Translations under genes and position numbers: made by a program | From: Antedon mediterranea | Taxonomy: Eukaryota > Animalia > Echinodermata | NCBI RefSeq assembly: GCF_964355755.1 | Contig: NC_092678.1 | Coordinates: 2,806,422 to 2,870,421 of the forward strand | Direction: 5' to 3' | DNA length: 64,000 nucleotides | Notes under the pieces: model-generated | What the model saw: only the letters and a program-made list of their open reading frames with translations | Told to the model about the DNA's origin: nothing | Database searches by the model: none | In this document: one piece after another, positions 1 to 15,200 of the stretch | Layout: each line of letters opens with the position of its first letter | Numbering within the stretch: position 1 is the first letter of the stretch

Positions 1-210
1 TTTTTTTATTAGGTCTAAATTGAAGTCTAATTGAAGCTCTAACAAGCAAACAGCAGTAAGTAATTCACACTCCTGGTTTTAACTAAGCTAATTAATATTT
101 TTTTTGTTTTTTGTGTGCACTTAAAATAAATCTGTTCGGTTACACATGTCACTTTTTAATCAACTTTATAATTTTTTTTTTTCAGTTTATTGGCCAATAA
201 AATGTTTTAC

Positions 211-3200
211 CATTGAAGCTTTCTTCTTTGCATATGCCACGAAAAATGTCAAAATCTTTGAGCTAGCCAGGCACCTGTAACGAGTAAGTAAAGGTAAGGT
301 AAAATAATCTTGCAGACAAATATTTAGATACTGTAATATGGATGGATAATTGCTTAAAACAGTCATCATTGCACTGTACTGATTATTAATATATGCAATG
401 TCAATGGCTTCTTTTGATATAATACACACTGTTTATTGCAGTTTATACATTTACAGTCATTATTGCTATAATAATAATAATGTTACTGCAGTAAACACAC
501 TGCAAGTGCCATAGAATAATGTGACTTGATCCCTTTCTAACAAACAATTGTTACCATTTTGTCCAGAAAAGGATGACGGTTGGATTCCTATTGGTTATTT
601 TAGTTGGAATCAATAAATGCCATGAGCCATCAAATACGTCAACCACGCTAACAGATGCTGGCGGGATCTTGCGCCTTTTGAAGCCTTGATGCAACGCAGT
701 GATGTTGTTGAAATTATTCGGGCTGATTTCTCTCATAAGACTGTCAATATATGCACAGCTACCAACTCTTGGAAACCTTGGAAAGACATTTAGAATAAGT
801 AAGAATTATTTATTATTTTTATTTTATAAAGATGATTATAATATCTTTTGAATTAACTATGGTGTGTCTTTCTTTAAAATTCTGTAGACTAACACAGTAG
901 AATAATTATTTTATAACACAAGTTACTAGTTACAAAAACTACTAAAACCCAGTGAAATTCTAAAAGTTGTATTTAAATAATTATTCTATTTATACCTTGT
1001 TTCCTTTGAATGAATAGAGTGAAAACAATAACTAGAAAAGGGTTTGAAAGGAGATGTGTTGACAATGATGACATCAGAGGGTTCACTGTCTCCTACAGCA
1101 TGATTCGTTGTTGCTACCACAGTAATCTTGTTGTTTGGATGGTAAGCACTCAACTATAAACAAGATTATTATGAAATGTATATAAATGTGCAGGCATAGA
1201 AAAACTCTAAAAATTAATAAACTTGAAATTATTATGAATTTATAAATGTGAAGATGATGAAATCTGTGAGAATGAGAAAAGGCCACTCCAACCGGAATCT
1301 TCTGTTTTTAAAACAAGGCATATATACAAATAACAATAAAAGAAATGTTTTCACATCACTAGGTTTTACCGTCATTTCTGTTTCCTTGATTTGATGTTGA
1401 TAACAATATCAATTCAAAGTATTTAATTTCAAATATCTTCTTTCTAGGATCAATAGTACTAAATTGACTGATAATGAAGCTGTAAATGTTCTAGTTACCT
1501 TAAGCACCATTTCATTAACATGTTCATGGACTTGGAAGCCATTTTGTTTGCCATTCACATAGACTTTGTATCCAGTGACAACTGCATCACCATCATCTCT
1601 CACCTGTTCCCAAGTAAGCATTACTTCTACTGCTCCTGTCACAGTACAACAATAAATATGTAAAGTAAGTTTATTATGTTTTGTTTTTTAACTTTAAAAG
1701 TTTTAAAAATTGAATTCAATTAAAACATAAATCCCTACATACCTGTGAAAGCATGTAAAGCCTCTAAGCACTGTTTTAAATAACCTTCGACCTCTCCCAA
1801 GGAACCCAAGACATCTGAAAGCTGTGGATAAAGTTGTATGTGTTAGTATGCTTTGATTGAATATTAAAACTATTCATTTTTAATGTCTTAGTTTCGGAAA
1901 GTAAGTTAGAGAAAGTCTTTGATTGTAATTGGTCTAACCTGAAGGTCAGTCTGTGTGCTCGCTGCTGCATGACGTAGACCCTGACTGCTATGAAACACAA
2001 TTAGCTGCTGTAATAATCTGTCAAATAATGATATCACAAAGGTAATATTTTGTTCTTGATTTATAGGTACCATTTCAATTGTTTTTTAATAGTCTAGCCT
2101 TTAATATAAACATTCAAACTTACTTGTCCCGCTTGTTAATGAGTTCACATGCATCTTTTTCCAATGTCTGTCGTTCTGACACCCCACGAACCACGTAGCA
2201 GACTATAGGTTTCGAGGGTTTCTTAGCTACTTTAGTTGCAATGGACCTTGTGCGTACTGGTCTCTCAAGACTTTCTAGATGGACTTCAAGAGATACCTTG
2301 TATGTTGATGTTATCAATAGATCATAGAACTCGGCAGTGAATGTTTCTGGGTCGATGACTGGTGACATGATGGTGGCAGCACGTCTTTGCACTTTGTTCT
2401 GGCACGCTGATTCATCAACTAAGACAGCCTAGAAAAGAAAGCACATTGTAAAATTTAAAAATTATATTGCTGTTTGATATTTCAACGTAACAAAATTTAT
2501 TACAAGTACACACAATCTAAAACTCCAGTTTCTGTAGCAAGCTGTTACCATGCTTAAAGTTATTCTCCAGTCGAAAGAGCTGGCATCTTACCCTATAATG
2601 TGCCACTTTAGCTCCCCCAGTTAGTGTTGGTTCAGTCCATTGTATCTTGATGGATGCAGCCTTGGTTGTTGGTACTCGGTTGATGGTTGGTGGAAGAGCA
2701 CCAGGCCATTCGATCTCTACTTTTTCCGAAATCTCACTGTTTAAGTACCTCACATTACACAAAGCCTATATTATAAAAAGAAGCCATATAAATTGTAACT
2801 GTTCCATTGTTCTTGGAGATAACATTTCTTCCTATTTTTGTTCCTTTTGTTTCTCTCTGAACAAACACTGCAAGTAATAATTTTTACCTGTATTGAAAAT
2901 GAATATTTTCTACACATTCTTCCTTGTGTAAACACAAACATTGTTTCTTGTGGAAGAAGATTCTTAAGGTCACTTCCATTGACCTTTAACCTATAACTTG
3001 TGAGTAAGGTATCGCCAAAAACCTTTGGCTTATCCCATTTTAAAGTACACTGATGAAAATCACAACTTCTAAAATAGGAAAAAAATTGAGAAATTTAAAA
3101 TGTTTATTTTGTTTACACCATACAGATTATTATATATAAATATGAAGGAAATCTATTGCATGTGAAAGAAGATCAAGAAGGAAGTTTCTTGTTGACTTTT

Positions 3201-6200
3201 ATGATGAGGTGAGTAGGTAGCAAGATGAAAAAAGTACACTTACTGAATGCTGAGTGTTGGTGTCTGTATTGGAGCGGCAGTATGTATGCTAATTTGTTTT
3301 GACCTGTTGATGACCTGGTCATTAGAATCTAGCATGAAAATGGTGACAAAGTGGGCTGCACCAGAAGAACAGTTTCTGATGGTGTACTGACTGGCAATTG
3401 GCTTCAGCAGCGCTTCAATTTCCTAAAGTAGAAAAGGTAATGTAGTTAACATACTTCAAGTAATTATCTAGAAATTGTACTTTAAAATAAACTAATTACT
3501 TCTCTTCTTCTTACTCCTTCTAACCATAAGATTATTACAGAATATTACCTTTGGTTTTAGAACACTGCTCCACTGAATTTTGACTCTTTTAATATTTTCA
3601 TCACCTGAAATTTAAAGTGTATCATTTATGTACAATCTTGTGATTTCGAATAAGTTATTTTTGTATTTTTACTGTGTTTGGTATAAATGTTTGTTAGAAT
3701 TTATAACACTTACCTTCAAATGAAGGCCGACTCCATCTTATAGAGATTGTGGAATCCGTAACTTTGGAAACATTAATGAACACATCCTCTGGGATTGATG
3801 TAGAGTTTGAATGAGTTGGACTTGCTGTATTCTTACTGTCAGTATTTGTACATTCAGGAATATTACCTGGAGATCTCAGTTGTAATTCTTCTGATAAAAG
3901 GGAGTCTTGGTAGGAGCTGGGATCTGCTGTCAATGCCGCAAGACTCACATGGTATGTTCTAACAAGCAAAGATTTTATTATATTTCGCACAATTAATTTA
4001 GAAATAGGCCCATAGTATTGTGTGAATTTTAATCACCTTTACTGTATGTCCTTTTTAGCAATCGCATAGTGTACGGAAATCACTAATTTCACTAATATAA
4101 ATTTACCTGTTTGGTCTGCATGGTAGAACTGCCCTATGATGGCTAACACTTAGGTCATTACCAATAGGCTTATCATTCATGTATACTTTGTAGCCCCGAA
4201 TCCCAACTCCACCAAACAGTCTTGGAGTTCCCCATTCTAGGATGAACTCATATGGAGTTATGCTAGAACATCCAATGATTGGTGGATCTGGTGATCCAGG
4301 AATAATCCATTCGATACTAGGGGTGTTCAGATCTTGCCACATATCTTCTTCTTTCAGTATGTTGACCGTCACATCATACACACATCTAAAAGAAAATGAT
4401 TGTCGAAAATCAATGTCCATGTACTCTCATTTAATATAGCGCATTTATACCAAAGTCTCAGTGCGGTTTTAAATTCATTATAATGGATTCTCACTTGATA
4501 CTTAAAGCTTTGTCTACTCTATCAAACTAGGTTGACAAAAAAAATGTGATGTGCCCCAATATGGTAGTGGTATGACATCATCATGTCCATATATGGGCAC
4601 ATCACATTTTTAGTCGCGTGCAAACACGACTCTATAGCTCACTATGTTGGTTGGTTGGTTGGTCGGTAAACACTAACTCAAATTTGCACCCACGATTTTA
4701 TATGGCCTTGTTTAACATAAAGTTTGATAGTGTAGACCAAGCTTTACTGACCTTTGGTAATGTACTGGAATATTGTAAGACAATACATCTGGTGCCACAG
4801 TAGCAGTATGCTCTTTACCATCAGCTGTACTCATCCAGTTCAGGTTGTATCCCACAATGCCTTGCTCTTCTGCTGTTCCACAATCTGCTACAGACCAGGT
4901 TACAATCAGTTCAGGAAATTCTTGTTTTCTACAAAAACAAATCATAAAATAATTTGTCTGATAGCTGTCCATTGACCCAGATAATTAGGCCTTTGTTTTT
5001 ATTTGGACATCGACTGAAATAATGATATTTTTAATTTGGATGCTTACTTATCTCCATTTAGATTGTTTGATTCAAAAGAAGCCATCACTGTCAACAGGTT
5101 TCCTGACTCGTACTTTGGAAGAGTAACCTCAAGAGGACGTGACAAGGATTCATCTTGATCATCTCTATCAAATGACTGCTTGTTGCTACCTCCTGTGTTA
5201 CTAGTAATCACTGCAATCTGAAACCTGTAGAGTTTGCCAGCAGTGAGGTTGTGGAGAGGACATGACAGAGCACTGGGTTCAATGTTGCTGTGGTGCTCGC
5301 CATTCACTATCAGCCGATAACAAACAAGGTTGCGATGAATACACAACTGACAAGATTTGTCTAAGAAGAAAAGAAGCTCCTATTATTCTAGGTAATTTTA
5401 TTTCATTGTTTGATATAAGAATTTACATAAAAGAAAATGTTATTATGTACAAATGATAATGCAAAACGTACCGGATGATTTGAGAGCTGTGAATAAAACA
5501 GGTTTTTGCCAATGCAGCTCCAGAGAAGATGTCGTGAACTCTTTTAAATATAGTGTGGGTGGTTCAACTGGTGTTGGTATCCTGACCTGAATCATGTCAG
5601 AACTAAGACATGTGATATAACCATCAGTTGAGTCTCCATCGTTTGATGCTTGGTAGAAGTCTGACAAATGAGCTTCCACTGCCATACTGTAAGTCCTTCC
5701 TGGAAAAAGTTTTACATCTGCTACCGTTTCTTCAGTAAATATTTCTAAGGTTCCTTCACACGATTGAGTTTGTTTTTTCTTATTACTGAAAACCATCCAA
5801 CGTACTACATATTTCAGAAGGCGGTCACTGCCATATTGTGGTGCATCCCAAGCAAGAGTCACAGAACTCTCGGAGTACTTTACACAACGAAGGTTGTTTG
5901 GTGGTTCCGTCCCTGCAGTTTTAGCAGTAACTGATACAAATGGCAACCAAGGAGAATCTTCTGGTATTTCCACCCATTCCTCTGGCAGTGATCTTGCAGA
6001 TTCTGGCTTGTCTTTCTCGTGTACAGCATCAAAATACTCTTTTGTTACAACAACTAGAATTAATTTGTATGTAGTATTTTCCATGAGACCAGGAATGACA
6101 GCAGATTCAGAATCTGGAGATAGATCTAGGTGACTTTCTGTGATGCAGTAATCATCATCTTCTGTCACCACATACATTCTCTGTCCTATACAAATTAAAT

Positions 6201-9200
6201 GTTTAATTTCTTTAAAAATGATTAAAGATGATTATAGCATAACTGAAGCGTTCTCGTCTGTATTTTATTGCCTTTTTGGAAACAAAAAACCATTACTTTA
6301 CTTTATTTTTAATTATATATTTCTATTTATTCCCATTGATAGGGGACTTAGGAACATTTGGGATGTGGCTCCTCCTCTTCCTCCTTGGAACAGTTTTGGC
6401 AGATTATATGTCTAGGCAGCGACAATGTCTAGGCAGTGACCATGTCTAGGCAGTGACCATGTCTAGGCAGTGACCATGTCTAGGCAGTGACCATGTCTAG
6501 GCAGTGACCATGTCTAGGCAGTGACCATGTCTAGGCAGTGACCATTTCTAGGCAGTGACCATTGAACAATAATATACGTATGTCATAGAGCATCACAAAT
6601 CATAAGCCCCTATTTACTAACCTAAAATTTGCGTTCCATTGCTTATTGGTTTTGTCCAGGCTAGTTCAATTGAGCTGCACGTTGTTGAGATCAGTTTGAT
6701 ATGTGGAGGTGCTTCTGGTGGCTTGCTTGTCAGAATATGAACTTGCTCTGATTGGCCAGACAGTATGAATGTGTAGCTGTTTCTGTCACCTTTATAATAG
6801 TCAAACAGAAATAAAAATGAGACTTGTTTTATATCTCACTTAGTGTGTTAATAGTATGCCATTGACAACTCCACTTCCTTTTTGTTTGCTCTCTACACTA
6901 TGTCTACACTATCAAACGAGTTTGACCAAAACATTGTGATGTGCTCAAATATGGTGGTGATATGCTCAAATATGGTAATGATGTGACAGAGTTTTACCTT
7001 TTCTTGTTGCAGTATAGTTATCTTGTTTCCTTGCTTCTACTACAATAGTGTAATTTGTATCCGGTTCCAATAAACATAATTTTAGGCAATTGTCTTTATA
7101 AGAAAAAGAAATATATTAGAAAGTATAAAGTATATTATAAACTGCTTGAGTTTAGACAAGAAAAGAGGTATTTACCATGTGTTATTTGGCTCTGGACACC
7201 TCTGTCCTTGTTCTCGGTTGCCCACCATGTCACCTGATGTTGATCGGCTGATATATAATGAATAGAGGTATCATTATCTGTAATGCAATTAGAATTACAT
7301 TTTTATGGTTCCTTAGAATTATATATGAAAAGAAATATTGTGAAATAACCAATAAACAATATTTTACTTTGTTCCCAGGTGATGTAGGCAGACTGTGAAG
7401 TGACATTAAGGCATTGTACATTTGTTGGAGGCTGCACTAGTCCTGTATACTCTACTCTCAACTTTGACCCTGGTCGACATGCAGAGTATTTTTCTGCTTC
7501 AAAATATCGGTTACCAGGTTCTAAAATTCAAAAAAAGAATTAAAGGCAATTTCAATGTTGGTTGATGATTCAAAGAAAGTAAGAGAACTATATAACAACT
7601 ATACAATAACAAACACTTTAAACACTGCGACACTGATGATCAGCAAATGAGTGGTCGTGCGGTTAAAACAGTTAAACCGTATTTACGTAGCCATAACATC
7701 AGCAAGGTTTCAAAGTCGTCTCGGACCAGGACTATAAACCGTAGGTCCGGTGTACACTTTACAGAACCTAGTACATCGTTCAAGACCAGTAGGGAGTTAC
7801 CAACCAGTGTACTAGTACACACACAGGCACTGTCACTTTTACTGAAGCGGTCACCTAGTATAATATATAATTTACCTTCCATGTAATCATGGCCAATCTT
7901 CTCACCATTCCACTTGAGTCTTCCCACAGGATGATCAGTTAGGGCTACAATCTGCAGGGTGACACTGGTGCCAAGTACCAGGCCTGAGAGTGTGTGGTGT
8001 TGGGTGTTTGGGTCCATTATGGGTAACACTGGTTTGCCATCTTTTAGTAACAGATATCCCTGAATATAGGATCAAAGAAACATATAACTAATTTACCAGT
8101 TTTAGGTAAAAGTTGAATTAAAAACTGTATTTTAGGACTGTTATTTACAGAAATGGCAGCATCTGCAAAAGGTTGAACTGCATCCCATGTAATGTCGATC
8201 CCTGTACCATGCATGCCTGCCAGGCGTGGAGTTGGTGATGCTGGAACAGCTGGACAGCAGACAGTAAGAGGTGATGACTCGTCACTCATTATTCCACACA
8301 GTACATCAGAAGAGGGTTTCATTGTCCGCCATCCTGCATATGTCTAAAACGCAAGAGGACACCAAATGGTTTAGTCTATTCGAAGTCTGTCAAATATTGC
8401 TTAACACAGGTTAAACATACAATGAATGATTCTATATTCAATTCCTGTTTTACATATTACTAATCGAAACATTTTCATGAATCTTGAGTGTAATTGTATA
8501 ATTGAACGAAAATTGTGCCATTTACCTTAGCTGTCACTTCATAGTACTCGCCTGGTTTAAGATTGTTTAGTTTATATCTGATCTGTGTAGCCTTGGAATG
8601 TTCAACATCAACTGTGACATCACCATGAAGTTTACCATTCACATAAACACTAACAAACAGAATTAAAAATTCACTTAATGATAAAATAACAAACTAATCT
8701 ATGTATATTGAAGCCATATGCCTCAATTGTTACATGTATTTATGGATAATATTAGAATCCTATCGCAATATCGTGTTTCTCATAGCGTTGAATAGGGCCT
8801 AAGTATTATACTTTTGTCTTTTATTTATAAACATAACCTGATTTATATTTCTTCAGGTTCCAACTGTCTGTGTACTTAAAAAACATCAATTGTTGGACCA
8901 ATTTGTACAAGGTAAAGAATTCTATATAAACACTTTCTAACCAGTATGATGAGATGACTTTGCCCTTTGATCCTTTCGCCTTCGACCAGCTGATTTGTGC
9001 AGTATAAGCTTCACTAGATGACTCCACCATGAGGTTTGGTGGATTGGGTTTCATTGGACATGTAATTCTGATGTGATCAGAAAGGTCGCTGTTTCTACCA
9101 TCGTCGGTAATTGACTGGATTTGGTATCTATGAGTTGTGCCTATCCAACATATAAATAACAAAGTTAGTGTTAGAGCAATTTAAGTACTAAGTTTTGATG

Positions 9201-12200
9201 TTTTTACATGTACCAGGGATTTTTCTGCAGTATTCTTTAGGTTTTGGAGAAATTATTAATTAGTAATTATTAATACTTACCAGGTTTGATATTTGAGATG
9301 CATTTTTCTATTGTACCAATCGCAATGATCGATCCTTTCCTTTTTCCATTCTTATAGAACTGGTACCCTATGATCTCAATAGATTGATGGCAAATCCCTG
9401 GCTTCCAAACCAGTACAACTTCTTGAACACCAAGACTTTTTACAACCATAGCAGGTGCCTGGGCACGACCTCCTGTTAAGCACTGATGGATCTCTGACAC
9501 TGTCTGGAGAGTTCCTCTTTTAGGGTCTGAGTGAGAGAAGCTGGCAGTAACAAAAGCTCTGGAAAACAAATGGATTAAAACATGATTTGTTTTTAGGTGA
9601 GGTGTATAAGCGCATCATTTGTAGGCTTGTTCGTGGCCTTTTCATTAATTGTATGGGCAGTAGGGCTAGTATGTGTCATGGTTTATAGCAGCCTTTTAAT
9701 CAATTGCGTAGACAGTACCTGTATACACTGTTGTCCATCAGTTGTTTAATAGTGATAGCATTGGCTAAGTCTGCATTCCAACTGTGTCTAATACATTCAT
9801 TGCCAGCATCATCCATCACTTCACATCTACAATATAAACAAATTCTGTTACTTTTACTCTCTCTTATTCAGATCTTTAACAAAGCAAGCCTGTATGAGAA
9901 AAAGATAATAGTGGAAAAAAGAACACAAAGAGTTATACCTGCCATGGCTTTGGATGTCACCAGAGAACGTCATTCCTTCAACATGAACCATGTAGTGTGA
10001 GAATGTGTATGTGGCACTGATCACTCTTGCACACTGCCATTGTAAGCTAATACTGCTGTCTTTTGCATTAGTTCTGACAACTACCACTGGGGTTGGAAGT
10101 ACCACATTGGCCTAAAGTAACAAGAGAGATGGTCAAAGGTTATACTTACTTTATCATTGATTGAAATTTGTTATTATATCAATCTCAAATATTTGGTGCA
10201 ACTTGTAGATGTGAAGGGGTAAAGGAAATGTTGACTTAAAATAGGAAAAACCATACAAGAAAATAACATAAAAAAATGCATGCCAATATACAAGAGACGA
10301 ATTCAAGTACCTGTTGTTTAAATTCATGCGTACTGTATAGGTAGAATTGTTGTATCTGTTTCCATTTCTAAATTTACAAACTGTATTACTAGTATTAAAT
10401 TTCTAATTTTGATCATCTACCTTATTTTCAGGCTCACTACTTTCACCATTTAAAATCAAATTGGCTTTATCATCACTTTCCGTCACCATACTTTCACTGT
10501 TGACATCAGAAGATGAACTTAAAGAAGAGTCACTGCTATCTGTATCGCTATCAGAGGAGGAAGTTGTAATCTCAGTGTGGTCTGCATTTTCTTTAAGGGT
10601 GTTGCCACTTATTTCAACGTTACTCACACCTTCATCTCTGACACAATGTTGTCTGTCTGAAGTATCTCTAGGTTTGTTTTCAAAATCTTTATCCATCTCC
10701 TCTCCTCTGAACATTTCATTATCATTCATTTCTTTACTTAAACTTAAAATATTGTCTTCTTTTTTCCCATTTGATAATTCATTATTATTTAAAGCATTCC
10801 CATTGTTTGTTTCATTTATTTCATCTTTGGTATTACTATTATTATCTTTAATTTCCCTGTTGTCTTTTTTTACCAGTACATTACAGGTTTGTTCATGCAA
10901 CATAGGGTCATGCAAAGGAATCTGGGAGAGGTCATGCACAGGGTGAGATAACTCATTATTTATATCTTGCTCATGTTGAACCAATTTTGAAACCAGTATG
11001 GTTTTTGAGTTTTCAATTTGATTGGATTGCTGAGTTGGATTGGCATCTGTCAAATCTGATGATCTGTCATCGTTTACATCATTTTCAACATTATCTCTTT
11101 CAATGAGAACATCTCCATTATCCTCATCATCTTCAGGTTTCTCTAACATGCTAAATGTGTCCCTATATTCATACTGACTTTCATAACATGCAGAATTAAT
11201 GTTTACCTCTTCACGCTTTACATCAAATGTCAGATTTCTGTAAAAGAAACATGAATAATCTTGATGAAAAAACAAATATTCATAGAATGAGTATTGTATC
11301 ATGTAATATAAATGAATATTCATATTTATATGATATTCATAGTATATATCACAGACATGTTTATTTATAATGATTGCAATTTTTATTCTGTTTTATATAA
11401 ATTCTATGTTACCGGGTTGTTAAATGTTTATTCTTGTTAATGTTATTTTGCCACCAGCACTATCAGGAGAGTCTTTTATAGCGATATTTTTTGCTTTTTG
11501 ACAATCCGTCAGGATAATGTTCTGCGCTTTTTCTCTGCTTGTTGTTGTTCTATGTAATTTATGCTTTTTGTATTGTTTTTGTTTTTTTTTTACTGGATAA
11601 TAAATGAATATGAATATGAATATGAGTTTATGCAAATTAAGTTGTACTTGCCTTCCTTGGGCGTCGTCAAATAATGGCTTTCCAAAATTATCCAATAATT
11701 TGGAATGTTCCATTGATGTATCAACTGTCGGAAGGAGCTCCTTACTTAAACCTAGTAGAAAAAGTTGTAATAGATTACTAAAGAATTATTCTAAACAAAT
11801 GTAACAAAAATGTATAATATATACATTATGTATTAACCATAGAATATTATTTATAAGATATTCTAATTTGATTCATAGATACTCTACTATGCTTGCTTAA
11901 TAAGAATATGTTTATTATACTTACAATGTTTAATATACTTACAATGAGTTTTCTGTTTTGCTTCAGCAACTTGTATGAAAGGGAGCTCTACCAGGGTATT
12001 TCCAGCTGGAGGTACGAAAGCGCTTGTGTCCAGGGGTAAGGTCAATTCTAATGGGTTTGATTTCAATGCTTCGCTTGACCCTAAAATAAAATATTTCATA
12101 CTACAATGCAAAAAATTAAAAATACAGTATTTTATACTATAATGCAAAATTATAAAACACAATTGTGTCCCAAAGATATTCAATTCAATGATGGACATTG

Positions 12201-15200
12201 TTGCATTTTTAAAGCTTCTTTAGAATCAGTTTTTTTTTCACATTGTGCCTTCCATACTACTATTAATTTGTTAATGTTATTTTCTCACCTTCAGCTTTGG
12301 CCTGAATGTAGAAGTTATATTCAGTGTTCAGTTCACAGTCTTCAATTAAAACTTTACATTGTCTGCTTTCATTCTTTGGCTGTACCTGAAATGATCACGG
12401 TACGTATTCAGAATTTATTATATTTTCTGTTTCACAGATAAATACAAATAGGTAGTTAGATTATAGCTTAAGACTAAAAGACCTAAAAAAAACAATAACA
12501 TAAGTGTCATAAAGAGGCTTTTAATTGAAGTTACTTTGATTTGTTGATAGATAAAATGGGGTCTAGATATTAAAATGCAAAAATGCAAATAAGTTGTAAT
12601 GTATTCTACACTATATGCACATATTACAGTAAGTAGGAAAGATACATTTGTTCAAACAGCAAAGAAATAGTGTATTTCATATAGCAAAATATACATTTAC
12701 CTTGTGTCCGCATTGCTTTCCATTGGCATATATGGTATAAAAAACAGCACACGATCGATTGTCCAATGTTGGCCAACTTAAGTAGAATGAATGGTCATTT
12801 TCAGCGATTAAACACGACACCAATGGCCCACCAAATGTGCTCGTCACTTGACGTTTTACTAACTGTAAACAAAATAAAGAATGAATGTGTCTATTGGTCA
12901 ACATTTATATCAAGGTTATTGCATGTAGTGTAGTTAATGTGCATCATTAGCTATTAGTGTAAGGTCATCTAATTGCATATCACTTAGATCAGTTGGTGAT
13001 AATGTTTAATGGCAATTTATGAGTTGGTAATACATTAGTTTACAACATTAATTAAATCTGGAATAAAGAAGTAAAGAATTTTTTAATTAAATTCATAAAT
13101 AGCTTGATATATTATGATACTACTAATGCAATAATTATAATAATGGACTTTACAAATTGAAACCAAAAACCGAATCTTTTATTATTTCTACCTGTATTAA
13201 AATATCAACTCACCAGCTTATTTGATTCCAGAGGGAGGAAGGTCCTTTCTGATGGAACAGCCACAACGGATACAACGTGTGACTCACCCCCTGGTAACCC
13301 TGATACGACAACACTTGTACATGTTACTGGTATGAAATTCCTGAAACATACCCCATCAATAAACACCTACAGAAGGGAAAATAGCCAAAATAAATATGAA
13401 TAGGAATAAATGTTTAATTACAAACCTTTTTACAGACAGATGAGGAGCAATGGAACCAATGACAGACACAAAGGATTGGAACAGACAAGAAGCAATGACT
13501 TTGCAGTAGATGTACGTTGACGTAATTCCAGAAACTGTGATTGATCACCTCTCCACTAATCAATGTAAACAATGGTAACAAACAAAGCATAACTACAACA
13601 ATAGAGTTAACTTTCTGCCATTGTTCAAGAAACACAAGTAGATATAATCTTCTATTCAGATTGGATTTTCATTCACAACAAAAAGACACAGGTAAGATTT
13701 CACAGGTCATAAACTCATTTCTTTTTCAATACATTTGATTTGTTACAAATAATTTCATACCTGATACTTTTGTAGCTGCATTGCGTCCTCACTAGCAAGA
13801 GTTTCCCACGTAACTTGTACCGCACCAGGCTCTATGATCCAGCCCTTAATCTCTGGCACACAATTCCACCACTGCCATCTGTTTGTCTAAAAAGAAATAA
13901 ACTCGTTAGACATTAACTTCACAGGGATAGTCTGCTGTATTAGTGGTGTCCATCAGAAGGTCTTTCCTCCCTTTGAAATAAAATGGTCAGATAAAGACCC
14001 ATTATTACTGCGCTATAATGAAGGACATTTTGGAAATCTGGGTTCTGTTAAACATAACTTACTGGTCCCAATTCATCTTCTTCGAAGTCCTCTGTTGCTA
14101 TAGAAAAAGTATCTTCTTCATCATAACTGTCGTCTTTGTCTGTTTTAAGTACCCAAAATCGGCTGGTGATAGAAAATGAAATAGAATTGAACTAAAACTG
14201 AATAATTTGATCTTTTTTTTTTACTCTCATTTTAGGCAAATTGCCAAAGGTAACCACAAGTGAATTCCTTCATTATCCTTCTCAAAGGTGGCAATCCTGT
14301 TGACAAGACAAACATATACACAAGATGCTCATACATATCATGCCTATTGTGGTTCACAATGTTTAATATTTTCAATTTTGGGACTCTTTGTAGAATAGAA
14401 TGATGACCAACCAAGAACAAGAGCAAGTCTACTCCAGGAAGAAGGAATCTTGTATCTGGAAAGATACCAGAAGACAATGAGGTATGAGACCTTTTTTTTT
14501 ATAGGACTTACTTTGAGGTAAAAATACTGCTGTTCAGCGAATCAAATCCAACAGCTAGTGCTCTCACAACAACTAATCCAGGCCGCTTTAGACAGATAGC
14601 TTGCTCATCCTTATATATCTACAAAATGATTATATAATATATTGCTTAAAGTGCATAAAATAATGTAATTTGAATAAGGGCTACAATCTGTGGGATGAAC
14701 TTACTGTGTAGGGTTGAGTGTGCAGCTTTTATAAAAACACAGGTTTGGCATTTTGTATTCCTGGATATCTCTTAATAGTATTTTTTGTATTTCCCTTTAA
14801 AAACAGTTGATAACAATTCTACCCCTAAGGTCCCATATGAGTCTCCAATTAGATAGACCTACCCTTGTGGTAGCACTATGCAATTCAGGAACAGATCCAT
14901 CCAACGTATAGAGAATAGTCGCATCTTCTGTTGGACTCTTTAGTAAAACCTTGTGCCATTGTTTCACGATCCCTCCATTGCATTCTGATGTAATCATTGG
15001 GGTACTGACATAATTATCTGTAAGAAAACCAAAATTTAAAAGGCTTTTGTAAATTCTATTTCCTGGTGTGACAATAGTTTGTTCCTGGTATAAGGCCATG
15101 TACAGTCATGGTCCGGACAATACAACTTTGACCTGGACTAATATGTCTAGTTTTCAAGAAATCCTGATTAAATCTTGAATGCTTTTAATAGTAAAAACTA

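Noticed and set aside
1083-1286. ORF with a hydrophobic stretch suggesting a transmembrane C-terminus for the FN3 protein
   Set aside because: The hydrophobic part is AT-rich intron. The acceptor at 1154 gives another frame that completes the FN3 domain (ITVVATTNHAVGDSEPS) and splices onward.
10461-10946. Ser/Leu-rich plus-strand ORF of 161 aa
   Set aside because: Antisense shadow of the acidic linker exon on the minus strand.
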